64,000 nt of DNA from an uncultured Burkholderiales bacterium (lineage in GTDB: Bacteria > Actinomycetota > Acidimicrobiia > IMCC26256 > JACPCJ01), in NCBI GenBank assembly GCA_964438505.1, contig CAYTKN010000017.1, positions 331 to 64,330 on the forward strand, given 5' to 3'. Positions within the stretch are counted from its first letter, which is position 1. Each line of letters begins with the position of its first letter. This document shows positions 1 through 11,265 of this stretch, piece by piece. A model generated the notes under the pieces. That model had not been told where the DNA came from and did no database searches. It saw only the letters and a list, made by a program, of their open reading frames with translations. The translations under genes were made by a program, and so were the position numbers.

Positions 1-2657
1 GCCTCCTCGATGACCTCGTCCGCGAGCTCACCGGCCTCGTCCAGACGACCCTGGGTCAGGCGGACGAAGCCGAGGAGCCCCAACGCCCACCCTCGACCGC
101 CCCAGTCCGAGAGGTCCTCGAAGAGGGCCGCCGCCTCCGACAACCTCCGGTCGGCGGCCTCCGCGTCGCCCCGCTCGAAGGCGATCCACGCCAGGTTCTG
201 GAGCGCCCACGCCTCGCTCCGCCGCTCGCCGAGCGCCCGGAACGCCTCCCACGCCTCGGCGATGGCCGACTCCGCGTGCTCGAGCTCGCCGCCGAAGAGT
301 CGGGCCATCCCCCACCGGCGCAGCGCCTCGGCGCGGGCGTGACGGTCGCCGATCTCGTCGGCGAGCGACATGGCCGCCTCGAAGGTCGAGAGCGCGGCGA
401 CGACGTCACCCTCCTTCTGCTGCACCTCGCCCAGCACGGTGAGCGCCTCGACCCTGCGGGCGGCGTCATCGCTCGACGCGGTGCCGGCAGCGGCGTCCTC
501 GAGCACCTCGGTGACGTCGCGACGGGCGCCGACCAGGTCGTGGAGTCCCGCGCGGGCCGCGGCCCGACCCAGCAGCAGCCGCCGACGGGCGGCGGTCTCG
601 TCGGGGGACAGCAACCCGAGCGCCTCGTCGAAGAGCTGCTCGGCCACGAGGGTGGCGTCGCGGTCCCGGGCCCGCACCGCGGCCCGCTCCAACCACTCGA
701 GCGCCCGCTCACGGACGTCGGGCGGCACGCCCTCGCTCCCGCCGATCTCGCCGCTCAGGACGGCCGCCTCCGCGTGGTGGTGGGCGATCTGCTCGATCAG
801 CTCGTCCTCCCGCCCGGTCTCCGCGGCCCGAGCGGAGAGCCACGTCCCCACCTCCGCGTGGCGGCGCGCCCGGGAGGACTTCGTGAGCGTCTCGTAGGCG
901 ACCTCCCGCACGAGCTCGGACTTGAACTCGAACTGCTCGCCGTCGACGACGAGGAGCCCCCGTGCGGCGAGCTCGTCGACCGTGGCGCCGACGTCACCGT
1001 CGCTGCGACCCTCGCCCATGGCCACGAGCGCGGCGAGCGGCCCGATGCGCCCGACCACGGCCGCGTCCTCGATCGTCGCCCGCTCCCGGGCACCCACGGC
1101 GTCGAGGCGCGCGGCGATCAGGCCTCGCAGGGAGGAGGGCAGGTCGCGCAGGCCGGGAGCGGTCGGCTCGCCGGCCGGCGCGTCGCCTCCGAGCATCCCC
1201 GACTCGGCGAGCAGCGCGGCGAGCTCCTCCACGAAGAACGGGTTCCCGCCGCTGCGCTCCATGAGCTCGCCCCGCAGACCAGCCGGGGCGTCGTCGCCCA
1301 GCATGGCGTCGAGGAGCTGCCCGATGGCGTCCTCGTCGAGGGGATCGAGGTGGAGCCGGAGCACGTTGTGCCGGCCCGGCCGTGGCGACCAGCGCTCCTC
1401 GAGCTCGGGTCGGGCGCTCCCGACCACCACGACGGGGAGGTTGTGGAGCCGCTCCACGAGGCGGTCGACGAGGTCGAGGACGACCTGGTCGGCCCAGTGC
1501 AGGTCGGCCAGGAACAGCAGGACGAGGCGATGGGAGGCGAGACCGACGACGAGCTCGGTGATCGCCGTGATCACCTCGTCGAGCGCCCTCGCCGGGTCGA
1601 CGTCCACGAGGGGGTCCCCGAGGCCGGTCAGGTACAGGATCCCGTCGACCACCCGCCGGGTGCGCTCCCCCTCGCTGCGGGTGGCCAGCTCCACGCCCCG
1701 GCGGATCTTCTCGCGCGACGTCTCGTGCGGATCGGCGAGGTCGATCCCGAAGGCCTGCCGGAGGATCTCGGAGACCGGCCACCACGGGTTCGCCTCGCCG
1801 TAGGGGACGCACCGGCCGACGTAGATGGCGGCGTCGTGCTCCGAGCGGGCGACCGCCGCGAGCTCCTCCCCGAGACGGCTCTTGCCGATCCCCGCCTCGC
1901 CCGAGAGCAGCACCAGGTGGGGACGACGGTGCCGGGCCGCTGCGGTGAGCGCGTTGCGCAGCATCCCCATCTCGGCGTCGCGTCCCACCAGCGGTGTCCG
2001 CAACCGACGCGGCCGGTGACCGGGCGGTGTCAGGGTCTCGAGCGCGACCCACGCGTCGATCGGCTCGTCGCGGCCCCGGACCTCGATCGGGCCCAGCATC
2101 CGGTAGTCGACGACCCGACTGGTGGCTCGCCGGGTGGCGGGCCCCACGACCACCTGTCCGGGCTCGGCGGTCGACTGGAGGCGGCTCGCGACGTTCACGA
2201 CGTCACCCATGGCGGTGTAGTCGTCGCCGGCACGGATGGCACCGACGAGCACCTCACCCGTGTTCACCCCCACCCGCATGCGCACGCTGCCGTCCAGGTC
2301 GGCGGCGAAGGCCTCCACGCTGCGCTGCATCTGGAGCGCGGCGCGCACCGCACGCTCCGCGTCGTCCTCGTGGGCGACGGGAGCGCCGAAGAGCGCCACC
2401 ATGGCGTCCCCGAGCACCTTGTCGACCCTGCCTCCGTACGCCGTGACGTCGGCCGCCAGTCGCTCGAAGCAGCGGTCGACCAGGTTCTTGACCTGCTCGG
2501 GATCACGAGCCTCGCTGAGGGTGGTGAACCCCACCAGGTCGGCGAAGAGGACGGTCACGACCCGGCGTTGGTCGACGCCGAGGCCGAGCGCCGCTCCACA
2601 GGACGAGCAGAAGCGGGCCTCGGGAGGGCAGGGAGCACCGCACGACGGACATTCCAC
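1..2657 (-). CDS. Class III adenylate/guanylate cyclase with N-terminal double zinc ribbon, AAA/STAND ATPase and TPR-like repeats (3' end runs off the window)
   Basis: Hand translation from GTG 2657: CPSC..FCSSC, VLFADLVGFT, DKVLGDAMV, GVNTGEV..YTAMGDVVNVASRLQ, Walker A LSGEAGIGKSRL, helical repeats near position 1. Not in the ORF track because no stop falls in the window. Confidence 0.9.
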   Translation of the reverse strand, partial: MECPSCGAPCPPEARFCSSCGAALGLGVDQRRVVTVLFADLVGFTTLSEARDPEQVKNLVDRCFERLAADVTAYGGRVDKVLGDAMVALFGAPVAHEDDAERAVRAALQMQRSVEAFAADLDGSVRMRVGVNTGEVLVGAIRAGDDYTAMGDVVNVASRLQSTAEPGQVVVGPATRRATSRVVDYRMLGPIEVRGRDEPIDAWVALETLTPPGHRPRRLRTPLVGRDAEMGMLRNALTAAARHRRPHLVLLSGEAGIGKSRLGEELAAVARSEHDAAIYVGRCVPYGEANPWWPVSEILRQAFGIDLADPHETSREKIRRGVELATRSEGERTRRVVDGILYLTGLGDPLVDVDPARALDEVITAITELVVGLASHRLVLLFLADLHWADQVVLDLVDRLVERLHNLPVVVVGSARPELEERWSPRPGRHNVLRLHLDPLDEDAIGQLLDAMLGDDAPAGLRGELMERSGGNPFFVEELAALLAESGMLGGDAPAGEPTAPGLRDLPSSLRGLIAARLDAVGARERATIEDAAVVGRIGPLAALVAMGEGRSDGDVGATVDELAARGLLVVDGEQFEFKSELVREVAYETLTKSSRARRHAEVGTWLSARAAETGREDELIEQIAHHHAEAAVLSGEIGGSEGVPPDVRERALEWLERAAVRARDRDATLVAEQLFDEALGLLSPDETAARRRLLLGRAAARAGLHDLVGARRDVTEVLEDAAAGTASSDDAARRVEALTVLGEVQQKEGDVVAALSTFEAAMSLADEIGDRHARAEALRRWGMARLFGGELEHAESAIAEAWEAFRALGERRSEAWALQNLAWIAFERGDAEAADRRLSEAAALFEDLSDWGGRGWALGLLGFVRLTQGRLDEAGELADEVIEE

Positions 2658-2782
2658 GTGCTCAGGATACCGACCGCTCCCCGCGGGACCCGTGGGCTCG
2701 TGTCGCTCCCGGAGACGACACCCTGAGCCCCCCAGTTCCTGTGTGGGCTCTGCGGGCTCTGCGGGGCCGTAACATCGACGTG

Positions 2783-3187
2783 ATGGCCGACGACGACGTC
2801 ACGTTCCTCACCCGCGAGTGGGCCGAAGCCCTCGACGAGGCCGCCCGCGCCTCGCAGGAGCTGCGAGACGCCACCTCCGGCGTCACCCTGACGATCCAGC
2901 AGGAGGTCGACGACGACGAGGGAGGGCAGGTCCGCTACGCCCTGGTGCTCGACGACGGCGCCGCGGAGGTCGTCTGGGGAGGCGTGGAGCGGCCCGACGT
3001 CACCTTCGTCCAGAGCAGGGACGCGGCCGAGCAGCTCAGCCGCGGCGAGCTCAACGCCCAGGGTGCCTTCGTCCTCGGCAAGCTCCGCGTCCGCGGCGAC
3101 GTCGAGAAGCTCGTCTCCGCCCGCGACGCGTTCGCCACCTTCGAGGGCGACGTCTTCGCCCGCGTCAGGGAGCGCACCACCTACTGA
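2783..3187 (+). CDS. SCP2 sterol/lipid-binding domain protein
   Basis: FLTREWAEAL..PDVTF..GELNAQGAFVLGKLRVRGD, typical of the SCP2 C-terminus; TAACAT -10 box 7 nt before the ATG. Confidence 0.8.
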   Translation: MADDDVTFLTREWAEALDEAARASQELRDATSGVTLTIQQEVDDDEGGQVRYALVLDDGAAEVVWGGVERPDVTFVQSRDAAEQLSRGELNAQGAFVLGKLRVRGDVEKLVSARDAFATFEGDVFARVRERTTY

Positions 3188-4071
3188 TGCCCACCCGCTG
3201 GATCGACGCCGGCGCCACCCAGGTGCACGCGCTCACCTGGCAGCCGGCGGACACGCCGGGCCACGGACCGGTCCTCCTCGTCCACGGCCTCGGAGGCTCC
3301 ACGGTCGAGTGGTCGAGCGCCGCTCCCCTCCTCGCGCAGGGGACCGACCGCGAGGTGGTCGCGATCGACCTCCCCGGATTCGGCCGCACCCGGCTGGGGC
3401 GCGCCTCCGCCGGGCTCGACGCCCAGCGGGACGTCGTCGCCACCGTCCTCGAGGAGCTCGGCCCCGCCACGGTCGTCGGCGGCTCGATGGGAGGGCTCCT
3501 CGCCCTGGGCCTCGCGGCACGCCGGCCGGAGATGGTCCGGGGACTGGTCCTCGTGGCCCCGGCCCTGCCGAACGGAGCGGTCGGGATCGGCGACCTGCCC
3601 GCCGCGGCGCGCTTCGCGCTCGCCGCGCTGCCCGTCGCGGGGCCCCGCCTCCTCGACGCTCGCCGGCGGCGGCTCGGCCCCGAGCGCACCACCGCCGAGC
3701 GGCTCCGGGCCCTCCTCGCGCACCCCGAGCACCTCGACCCCGAGGTGCGCCTCCGGATGGTCGAGCTCGCGGACGAGCGACTCGGCTACGGCGAGGTCGG
3801 CCGCGCCTACTCGGAGGCCCTGCGGACGCTGATCGCCCGCCGCTCGTCGGTCTGGGACGACGTCCCGAGAGTCACCGCACCGACGCTCGTCGTCCACGGC
3901 GAGCGCGACGCGCTGATCCCGGTCTCGGTGGCGGAGCGCCTGCGCGACCGACGGCCCGACTGGAGCGTGGAGCGCTTCGAGGAGTGCGGTCACCTCCCCC
4001 ACCTCGAGCAGCCGGAGCGCTTCGCCGACGCGCTCGCGCGCTGGATGCGGTTCCCCGCCACGACCGCCTGA
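3187..4071 (+). CDS. Alpha/beta fold hydrolase
   Basis: LLVHGLGGS, DLPGFG, GGSMGG nucleophile elbow, HGERD, GHLPHLE; start overlaps the upstream stop (TGATG). Confidence 0.9.
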   Translation: MPTRWIDAGATQVHALTWQPADTPGHGPVLLVHGLGGSTVEWSSAAPLLAQGTDREVVAIDLPGFGRTRLGRASAGLDAQRDVVATVLEELGPATVVGGSMGGLLALGLAARRPEMVRGLVLVAPALPNGAVGIGDLPAAARFALAALPVAGPRLLDARRRRLGPERTTAERLRALLAHPEHLDPEVRLRMVELADERLGYGEVGRAYSEALRTLIARRSSVWDDVPRVTAPTLVVHGERDALIPVSVAERLRDRRPDWSVERFEECGHLPHLEQPERFADALARWMRFPATTA

Positions 4072-4116
4072 GCGCCCGGCGCGATCCGGAACGGGCGCCG
4101 GTCGTCGGCGCGGTAC

Positions 4117-5052
4117 CTACGACCCCACGAACTGGCCGACGTCGGCCTGCTTCGCTCGCACCGCCTCGGCGGCCTCCGAGAGCGCCTCGCGCTCCTCGGC
4201 GGTGATCGGCAGCTCCACGATCTCGCGCACACCGCCGCGGCCCAACCTGGCGGGGACGCCGAGGTAGACGTCCGAGATCCCGTACTGCCCCTCGACCCAG
4301 GCGCACGTGGGCATGACCTCGCCGGTGTCGTGCAGGACGGCCTTCACCATGGCGGCAGCCGCGCTCGACGGCGCGACGTAGGCGGAGCCGGTCTTGAGGA
4401 GGCCGACCACCTCGGCGCCTCCCCCGCGCGTCCGCTCGACGAGCTCGTCGATGTCGGCGGTCGAGGCCACCTCGGTCAGCGGCTTGCCGTCGACGGTCAC
4501 CTGGCTGGGCACCGGCACCATCGTGTCGCCGTGGCTGCCCAGCGTGATGGCGTCGACCTTCGACGGCGACACCTCGAACCGCTCGGCCACGAAGTGCTTG
4601 AACCGGGCGGTGTCGAGCATCCCCGCCTGACCCATCACCCGCTCGCGCGGGAAGCCGCTCACCTCCGCGGCGAGCGCGGTCATCTCGTCGAGCGGGTTGG
4701 ACACCACGAGGAGCACCGCGTCGGGCGACCGGGCCACGAGCTCGCGGGTCACCTCCCCCACGATCCCGGCGTTGGTCTCCAGCAGGTCCATCCGGCTCAT
4801 CCCGGGCTTGCGGGGCACCCCGGCCGTGACGACGCAGAGGTCGGAGCCCTCGGTCGGCCCGTAGTCGTTGGCCCCGACCACGCGGGTCTCGAAGCCCTCG
4901 ATCGGGCGGCTCTGCATCATGTCGAGGGCCAGGCCCTGGGGGCGGTCCTCGATGATGTCGACCATGACCACCTCGTCGAGGAAGTCGGCTTCGGCGAGCC
5001 GCTGGGCGGTCGTCGAACCGTAGAAGCCGGCACCGACGATCGTGACCTTCAT
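4117..5052 (-). CDS. mdh: Malate dehydrogenase, LDH-like type
   Basis: GAGFYG Rossmann motif, TAGVPRKPGMSRMDLL, VSNPLD, LDTARF, LKTGSAY; alternative GTG start at 5070. Confidence 0.92.
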   Translation of the reverse strand: MKVTIVGAGFYGSTTAQRLAEADFLDEVVMVDIIEDRPQGLALDMMQSRPIEGFETRVVGANDYGPTEGSDLCVVTAGVPRKPGMSRMDLLETNAGIVGEVTRELVARSPDAVLLVVSNPLDEMTALAAEVSGFPRERVMGQAGMLDTARFKHFVAERFEVSPSKVDAITLGSHGDTMVPVPSQVTVDGKPLTEVASTADIDELVERTRGGGAEVVGLLKTGSAYVAPSSAAAAMVKAVLHDTGEVMPTCAWVEGQYGISDVYLGVPARLGRGGVREIVELPITAEEREALSEAAEAVRAKQADVGQFVGS

Positions 5053-5143
5053 GGAGAGCACCTCGTTCACGTGAGCGGGCGGGTCGCCGTCACGCTACCG
5101 ACCCGTCCGGGCGCGGCGCCCACCGCACCGGCCTGCACTGAGA

Positions 5144-6352
<1,209 letters not shown>

Positions 6353-6370
6353 CGGGCGACCCACCTCGTC

Positions 6371-6400
6371 CTGTTCCGGGGATGTCTGTTCCGGGGATGT
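6371..6400. repeat. 15-bp direct repeat x2 (CTGTTCCGGGGATGT) in the icd leader
   Basis: Read directly at 6371-6385 and 6386-6400. Confidence 0.9.
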
Positions 6401-6545
6401 GCTGCCGCCACGGCTTCCTCGGCAGCGTGCCGGCTCGCGCTGCATCGTAACGAGTGCCGCCTCCGGCGGACCCCTCGGGTCCACCGCGGGCGCGGACACC
6501 CGCGCTCGCTCCGGCGACCCGGCCAGCTCGGGCTACCCGGGCGGC

Positions 6546-6797
6546 TCAGGCGGCTCCGAGGACGACCACCAGCAGCCCCAGGGCATAGATCGCCGCGAAC
6601 GCGCCACCGACGAGCAGGAGCAGGGACCGGTCGGCGGGATGCCGGTGGCTGCCACGCCACAACCCGCACTCCGGGCACCGGCGCACCCCGGCGGGGACCC
6701 AGGTGTCGCAGAGCGAGCAGCGGACGTGCCCCGGCGGGCCGACAGCGCTGCCACCGAGCGGATCGCCACCCGGGTCGACGCCGCGCCCCGCGCTCAC
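6546..6797 (-). CDS. Small hypothetical protein with CxxC...CxxC zinc ribbon and a C-terminal TM helix
   Basis: RCSLCDTWVPAGVRRCPECG followed by a hydrophobic tail; GGAGG upstream of GTG 6797. Confidence 0.7.
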   Translation of the reverse strand: MSAGRGVDPGGDPLGGSAVGPPGHVRCSLCDTWVPAGVRRCPECGLWRGSHRHPADRSLLLLVGGAFAAIYALGLLVVVLGAA

Positions 6798-6814
6798 GGT
6801 CCGGTCCCCTCCGG

Positions 6815-7687
6815 TCAGCGAGCGGGGCGCTGCGCGGCGTGCCGCTCGGCCGCCTCGACGACGTTGCGCAGCAGCAGCGCTCGGGTCATGGGTCCCACAC
6901 CGCCGGGCATCGGAGCCAGCCACGCGGCCACCTCGGCCACCTCGGGGGCCACGTCGCCCACCAAGCCGTGCTCCCCGCGGGTGATCCCGACGTCGAGCAC
7001 CGCGGCTCCGGGCTTGACCCAGTCGGGGACGATCATCCCCGGCTTCCCGGCAGCCGCGACCAGGATGTCGGCCTGCTTGGTGAACTCCGGCAGGTAGTGG
7101 GTGCCCGTGTGGCACTGCGTCACCGTCGCGTTGGCCCGCGACCCCTTGGCGGAGAGCAGGAGCGCCAGGGGGCGACCCACCGTGGTGCCCCGCCCCACGA
7201 TCACGACGTGGCGTCCCTCGACGGGCACGTTCCCCCACCCGAGCAGCTCCTGGATCCCGAGGGGCGTGCACGGCCGCGGCCCGGGGTAGCCCAGGGCCAG
7301 GAACCCGAGGTTGGTCGGGTGGAGGCCGTCGGCGTCCTTGCGGGGGTCGACCCGCATGAGCAGCTCGTTGGCGTCGAGGTGGTCCGGCACCGGGAGCTGG
7401 ACGATGAACCCGTGGATGGACGGGTCCGCGTTCAGGTCGTCGATCACGGCCAGCACGTCGTCACGGGGGGTGTCCGCGGGGAGGTCGTGGCGCACCGAGT
7501 GGATGCCCACCTCGGCGCAGTCCTTGTGCTTGCCGCGCACGTAGGCGTGCGACCCGGGGTCGTCGCCGATCAGCACCGTGGCCAGGCCGGGGACCGTGCC
7601 CGACTCCGCGAGCCGGGACACCTCCTCGGCCAGCATGCGCTTCAGCTCGGCGGACGCCGCCTTGCCGTCCAGGATCTTGGCGCTCAG
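6815..7687 (-). CDS. folD: Bifunctional methylenetetrahydrofolate dehydrogenase/cyclohydrolase, probable CTG start
   Basis: [12 protein letters not shown]-terminus, [42 protein letters not shown]. Confidence 0.95.
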   Translation of the reverse strand: MSAKILDGKAASAELKRMLAEEVSRLAESGTVPGLATVLIGDDPGSHAYVRGKHKDCAEVGIHSVRHDLPADTPRDDVLAVIDDLNADPSIHGFIVQLPVPDHLDANELLMRVDPRKDADGLHPTNLGFLALGYPGPRPCTPLGIQELLGWGNVPVEGRHVVIVGRGTTVGRPLALLLSAKGSRANATVTQCHTGTHYLPEFTKQADILVAAAGKPGMIVPDWVKPGAAVLDVGITRGEHGLVGDVAPEVAEVAAWLAPMPGGVGPMTRALLLRNVVEAAERHAAQRPAR

Positions 7688-7730
7688 CTCGATCTCCCCC
7701 TCTCGGTGAACTCCGTGCTCTCGGTGGCTC

Positions 7731-9233
7731 TCAGTGGCGGAAGTGGCGCTGCCCGGTGAACACCATCGCGATGCCGTGCTCGTCGGCCGCGGCGATCACC
7801 TCGTCGTCGCGCACCGAGCCTCCGGGCTGCACGACGGCCGCGACGCCTGCGTCGGCGGCGGTGTCCACACCGTCGCGGAAGGGGAAGAAGGCGTCGCTGG
7901 CGCACACGCCTCCCTCGGCGCGGCCGTCCGCCTTGCGCGCGGCGATCTCCGCCGCGTGCACGCGGCTCTGCTGCCCGGAGCCGACCCCCACCGCCCGGCG
8001 GTCCCTCGTGAGCACGATGGTGTTGGAGGTCGCGGCGGCGCACACCACGTAGGCGAACTCCAGCTCCTCCCACAGCTCCTCGGTGGGCGTCGTCTCGGTG
8101 ACCACCTTCCAGGTGTCGCGCTCCACCGCGACGGTGTCGGTCTCCTGGGCCAGGAAGCCGCCGTCGATGCGGCGCAGGTCGAGGCCGGGCGAGCCGGGAA
8201 GTGGGGCCTCGAGGACCCGCAGGTTCTTCTTCGTCGTGAGAGCGTCGAGCGCGCCGTCCTCGTAGGCGGGTGCCACCACCACCTCGGTGAACACCTCGGT
8301 GATCCGCTCGGCCATCTCGAGGCTGACCGCCCGGTTCGCGGCGACGACACCGCCGAACGCGCTCAGCGGGTCGCAGTCGAAGGCCCGCGTGTAGGCCTCG
8401 GCGACGTCGGCGGCGACGGCGACGCCGCAGGGGTTGGCGTGCTTCACGACCACCACGCACGGCTCCTCGAACCGCCGGGCGAGCTGGTAGGCGGCCTCGG
8501 CGTCGAAGAGGTTGATGAACGACAGCTCCTTGCCGCCGTGCTGGACCGCCTGCTCGTGCCACCCCGCAGCGCCGTCGCGCTCGACGTAGCGGGCCGCGCG
8601 CTGGTGGGGGTTCTCGCCGTAGCGGAGCGGCGCGGCGCGGCGCAGCGGGACGACGAGGTGCTCGGGCAGCTCGTCGTCGTCCTGGAGCCAGCGCACGATC
8701 GCCGCGTCGTACGCCGCGGTGGTCGCGAACGCCTCCAGGGCGAGCCGGCGGCGTGTCGCCTCCGACAGCTCGCCACCCCCCGAGCGCAACTCGTCGAGCA
8801 CTCCCTCGTACTGGTCGGGAGCGGTCACCACACCCACCCAGGCGTGGTTCTTCGCCGCGGCTCGGACCATCGTGGGACCGCCGATGTCGATGGTCTCGAT
8901 CCCGGGACTCTCGACGAACGGGTAGAGGTTCACGGCGACCAGGTCGATCGGGTCGATGTCCTGCGCCTCCAGGTCGTCGCGGTGGGCGTCCTCCCCGCGA
9001 TCGGCGAGGATGCCGCCGTGGACGCGTGGGTGGAGGGTCTTCACCCGGCCACCGAGCATCTCGGGCGCTCCGGTGACCTCCTCGACCGGGGTCACCAGGA
9101 TCCCGGCGTCGACCAGCGCCGCCGCCGTGCCGCCCGAGGAGACCAACTCGACACCCAGGTCGACGAGACCCGACGCGAACTCCTCCAGCCCGGTCTTGTC
9201 GTGGACGGACAGCAGCGCGCGCTGGACCTTCAC
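7731..9233 (-). CDS. purH: AICAR transformylase/IMP cyclohydrolase
   Basis: [59 protein letters not shown]; GTG overlaps the purN stop. Confidence 0.97.
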   Translation of the reverse strand: MKVQRALLSVHDKTGLEEFASGLVDLGVELVSSGGTAAALVDAGILVTPVEEVTGAPEMLGGRVKTLHPRVHGGILADRGEDAHRDDLEAQDIDPIDLVAVNLYPFVESPGIETIDIGGPTMVRAAAKNHAWVGVVTAPDQYEGVLDELRSGGGELSEATRRRLALEAFATTAAYDAAIVRWLQDDDELPEHLVVPLRRAAPLRYGENPHQRAARYVERDGAAGWHEQAVQHGGKELSFINLFDAEAAYQLARRFEEPCVVVVKHANPCGVAVAADVAEAYTRAFDCDPLSAFGGVVAANRAVSLEMAERITEVFTEVVVAPAYEDGALDALTTKKNLRVLEAPLPGSPGLDLRRIDGGFLAQETDTVAVERDTWKVVTETTPTEELWEELEFAYVVCAAATSNTIVLTRDRRAVGVGSGQQSRVHAAEIAARKADGRAEGGVCASDAFFPFRDGVDTAADAGVAAVVQPGGSVRDDEVIAAADEHGIAMVFTGQRHFRH

Positions 9234-9811
9234 TCGTCCCCCTTCGCCTCGAGCTCGGCGGTGAACCAACCGAGCACCTCCGGATAGAGGCGGTTCTCCA
9301 CCGCCTTGATCCGCTCGTGGAGCGTCTCGGCCGTGTCGTCGGGCTCGACCCTGACCGGCTCCTGGGCGAGGATCGGGCCGTCGTCGACGTCGGCGGTCGC
9401 GACGTGGATCGTACAGCCGCTGACCTTCACCCCGGCCTCCAACGCCTCCTCGACCGCGTGGGCTCCGCGGAACGCCGGCAGCAGGCTCGGGTGGGTGTTG
9501 ACGACGCGGCCCTCGTAGGCGTCGAACATCGGCTTGGCCAGGATGGTCATGAACCCTGCCATCGCCACGACGTCGACGTCGTGGCTCCGAAGCGTGTCGA
9601 CGACGGCCTCGGTGAACTCCTCCCGACGCTCCGGGAGGTACGCGGCGCGCTCCACGACCTCGGTGGGGATCCCCGCGGCGGCCGCGCGGTCCAGGGCCTG
9701 GACACCGGACCGGTCGGAGAGGACGAGGGCGATCGGGAGCCCGGCGTCGAGGAGCGCCTGGAGGTTCGTGCCACTCCCCGAGACCAACACCCCGATCCGC
9801 ACGGCGCTCAC
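9230..9811 (-). CDS. purN: Phosphoribosylglycinamide formyltransferase
   Basis: VLVSGSGTNLQA, NTHPSLLPAFRG, GCTIH, DDGPILAQ. Confidence 0.97.
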   Translation of the reverse strand: MSAVRIGVLVSGSGTNLQALLDAGLPIALVLSDRSGVQALDRAAAAGIPTEVVERAAYLPERREEFTEAVVDTLRSHDVDVVAMAGFMTILAKPMFDAYEGRVVNTHPSLLPAFRGAHAVEEALEAGVKVSGCTIHVATADVDDGPILAQEPVRVEPDDTAETLHERIKAVENRLYPEVLGWFTAELEAKGDE

Positions 9812-9841
9812 GCTAGCGCGGGCGCTCGATCGGACGGTCGC

Positions 9842-11050
9842 TCACGGGGACCCGGGCGGGCCGGCCGGCGGTGCCGGCGGATCCTGGCTGCCCTGCGGAT
9901 CCTGGCTGCCCTGCGGACCTCGTGGACCTCGCGCACCGGGAGGCGGCCCCACCGGTGGGGCGCCGGCTCCGAGCGCGCCGAGCGAGAGCCCGCCGCCCTC
10001 GAGCTCGCCGGGCTCGCGCGCCGCGCTCGCCAGTCCGGCGGCGCCGGCCACCAGGAGAGCGCCGGCCACCATCAACGCGGTCCCGACCGCCGTGGCGGAC
10101 TCCTGCTCCATCAGGTCGCCGACGACCAGGAGGACACCCAGCGCCGCGGCCGTCCCGCCGATCCACGTGGTGGCCCGACGTCCGCTCGAGGCGCCGAGGA
10201 CGGCCACCGCGGTCCCGGTCGGCACGAGGAGCACCCCGGTCCCTCCGGCTTCGAGGTCGCCTCCCAGCGCGGAGAACCCGTTCGCGAGGGCGACGAGGCC
10301 GACCACCACGGCCGGCGTGGCGATCCCGTGCAGGCCCCGTCGATCGAGCGCCCCGGCCGCGAGCAGGTACCCGAGACCGAAGAGCACCGAGAGGATCCCC
10401 ACCGTGGTCGGATCGGGAGCGTCGAGGGGCGCGCCACCGAAGGACCCGCCGCCACCGGGCCCGCCGCCGAAGGGGGAGGGCGCGGACCCGAAGCCGCCGC
10501 CCAGCGGCGCGCCGAGGCCCCCGAAGAGCAGGAACGGCGTCGAGAACACCGACTCCACCTGCTCGAGGACGAACAACCAGGTGCCCACCAGGGCGGCGGC
10601 GAGGAACACCGGCCGGCCGGCGGTGCGCCCGAGGAGGTAGGAGAGGAGCCAGACCGCCGTCGAGACCAGGAGCAGCGCGTCGATCGAGAACGGCGGGCTG
10701 TCGCTCACGTCGAAGGTCGCGAAGAGCAACACGAACGGGACGGCCAGCGCGGCGGCGGTCGCTCCGGCCGCGGCCAGGGGCTCGTGGCGGGCCCGCACGG
10801 CGAGCGCGTAGCCCACCGCGACCAGCAGCGCCGTGACGACCAGCCCGGGGGTCTCGTCGGGTCGCTCGTCGAACCCCACGGCCGCGAGCCCGTCGAAGCC
10901 GAGCACCAGACCGCCGATCACGGCGAGCACCGCGCCACCGGCGGCCAGCGCCACGCCCATCCGGGGCATCGCCCGCCGCCGGGCCCGCGCACCGAGGCCC
11001 CCGAGGAGGCCCGGGAGCTCGTGTTCGCCTCGTGCCGGCACGGCCGCCAT
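9842..11050 (-). CDS. Polytopic membrane protein, about 10 TM segments, function unknown
   Basis: Repeated hydrophobic Ala/Leu/Val/Gly segments and a Pro/Gly tail; TACGTT -10 box 6 nt before ATG 11050. Confidence 0.8.
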   Translation of the reverse strand: MAAVPARGEHELPGLLGGLGARARRRAMPRMGVALAAGGAVLAVIGGLVLGFDGLAAVGFDERPDETPGLVVTALLVAVGYALAVRARHEPLAAAGATAAALAVPFVLLFATFDVSDSPPFSIDALLLVSTAVWLLSYLLGRTAGRPVFLAAALVGTWLFVLEQVESVFSTPFLLFGGLGAPLGGGFGSAPSPFGGGPGGGGSFGGAPLDAPDPTTVGILSVLFGLGYLLAAGALDRRGLHGIATPAVVVGLVALANGFSALGGDLEAGGTGVLLVPTGTAVAVLGASSGRRATTWIGGTAAALGVLLVVGDLMEQESATAVGTALMVAGALLVAGAAGLASAAREPGELEGGGLSLGALGAGAPPVGPPPGARGPRGPQGSQDPQGSQDPPAPPAGPPGSP

Positions 11051-11107
11051 GACCGCAACGTACCGACGACGGCGGCCCGGCGTGGTGATGCTCCCCTCGC
11101 CCGCGCC

Positions 11108-11149
11108 CTGCGTCGAGGGCGCTGCGTCGAGGGCGCTGCGTCGAGGGCG
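11108..11149. repeat. 14-bp tandem repeat x3 (CTGCGTCGAGGGCG) in a divergent promoter region
   Basis: Exact copies at 11108, 11122 and 11136. Confidence 0.95.
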
Positions 11150-11265
11150 CTCCCGCGTGCTCCCGTCGCGGTGACGTCGCAGCGCGATGTCGCCGATCAC
11201 GCGTTCGCGCGCGGTGTCGCCCTAGACTCACGTCCGGCCCGCACAGCGGATTCGGAGGTCGCACC

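Noticed and set aside
276-2726. 816-aa plus-strand ORF and the many other long antisense or alternate-frame ORFs (e.g. 5264-7759, 20429-23161, 39042-41090)
   Set aside because: Shadow ORFs of real genes in high-GC DNA; Arg/Pro/Gly-rich with no recognisable motifs
9812-11265. ZTP (pfl) riboswitch upstream of purN/purH
   Set aside because: Only 30 nt precede purN, and I could not see the pfl consensus further upstream
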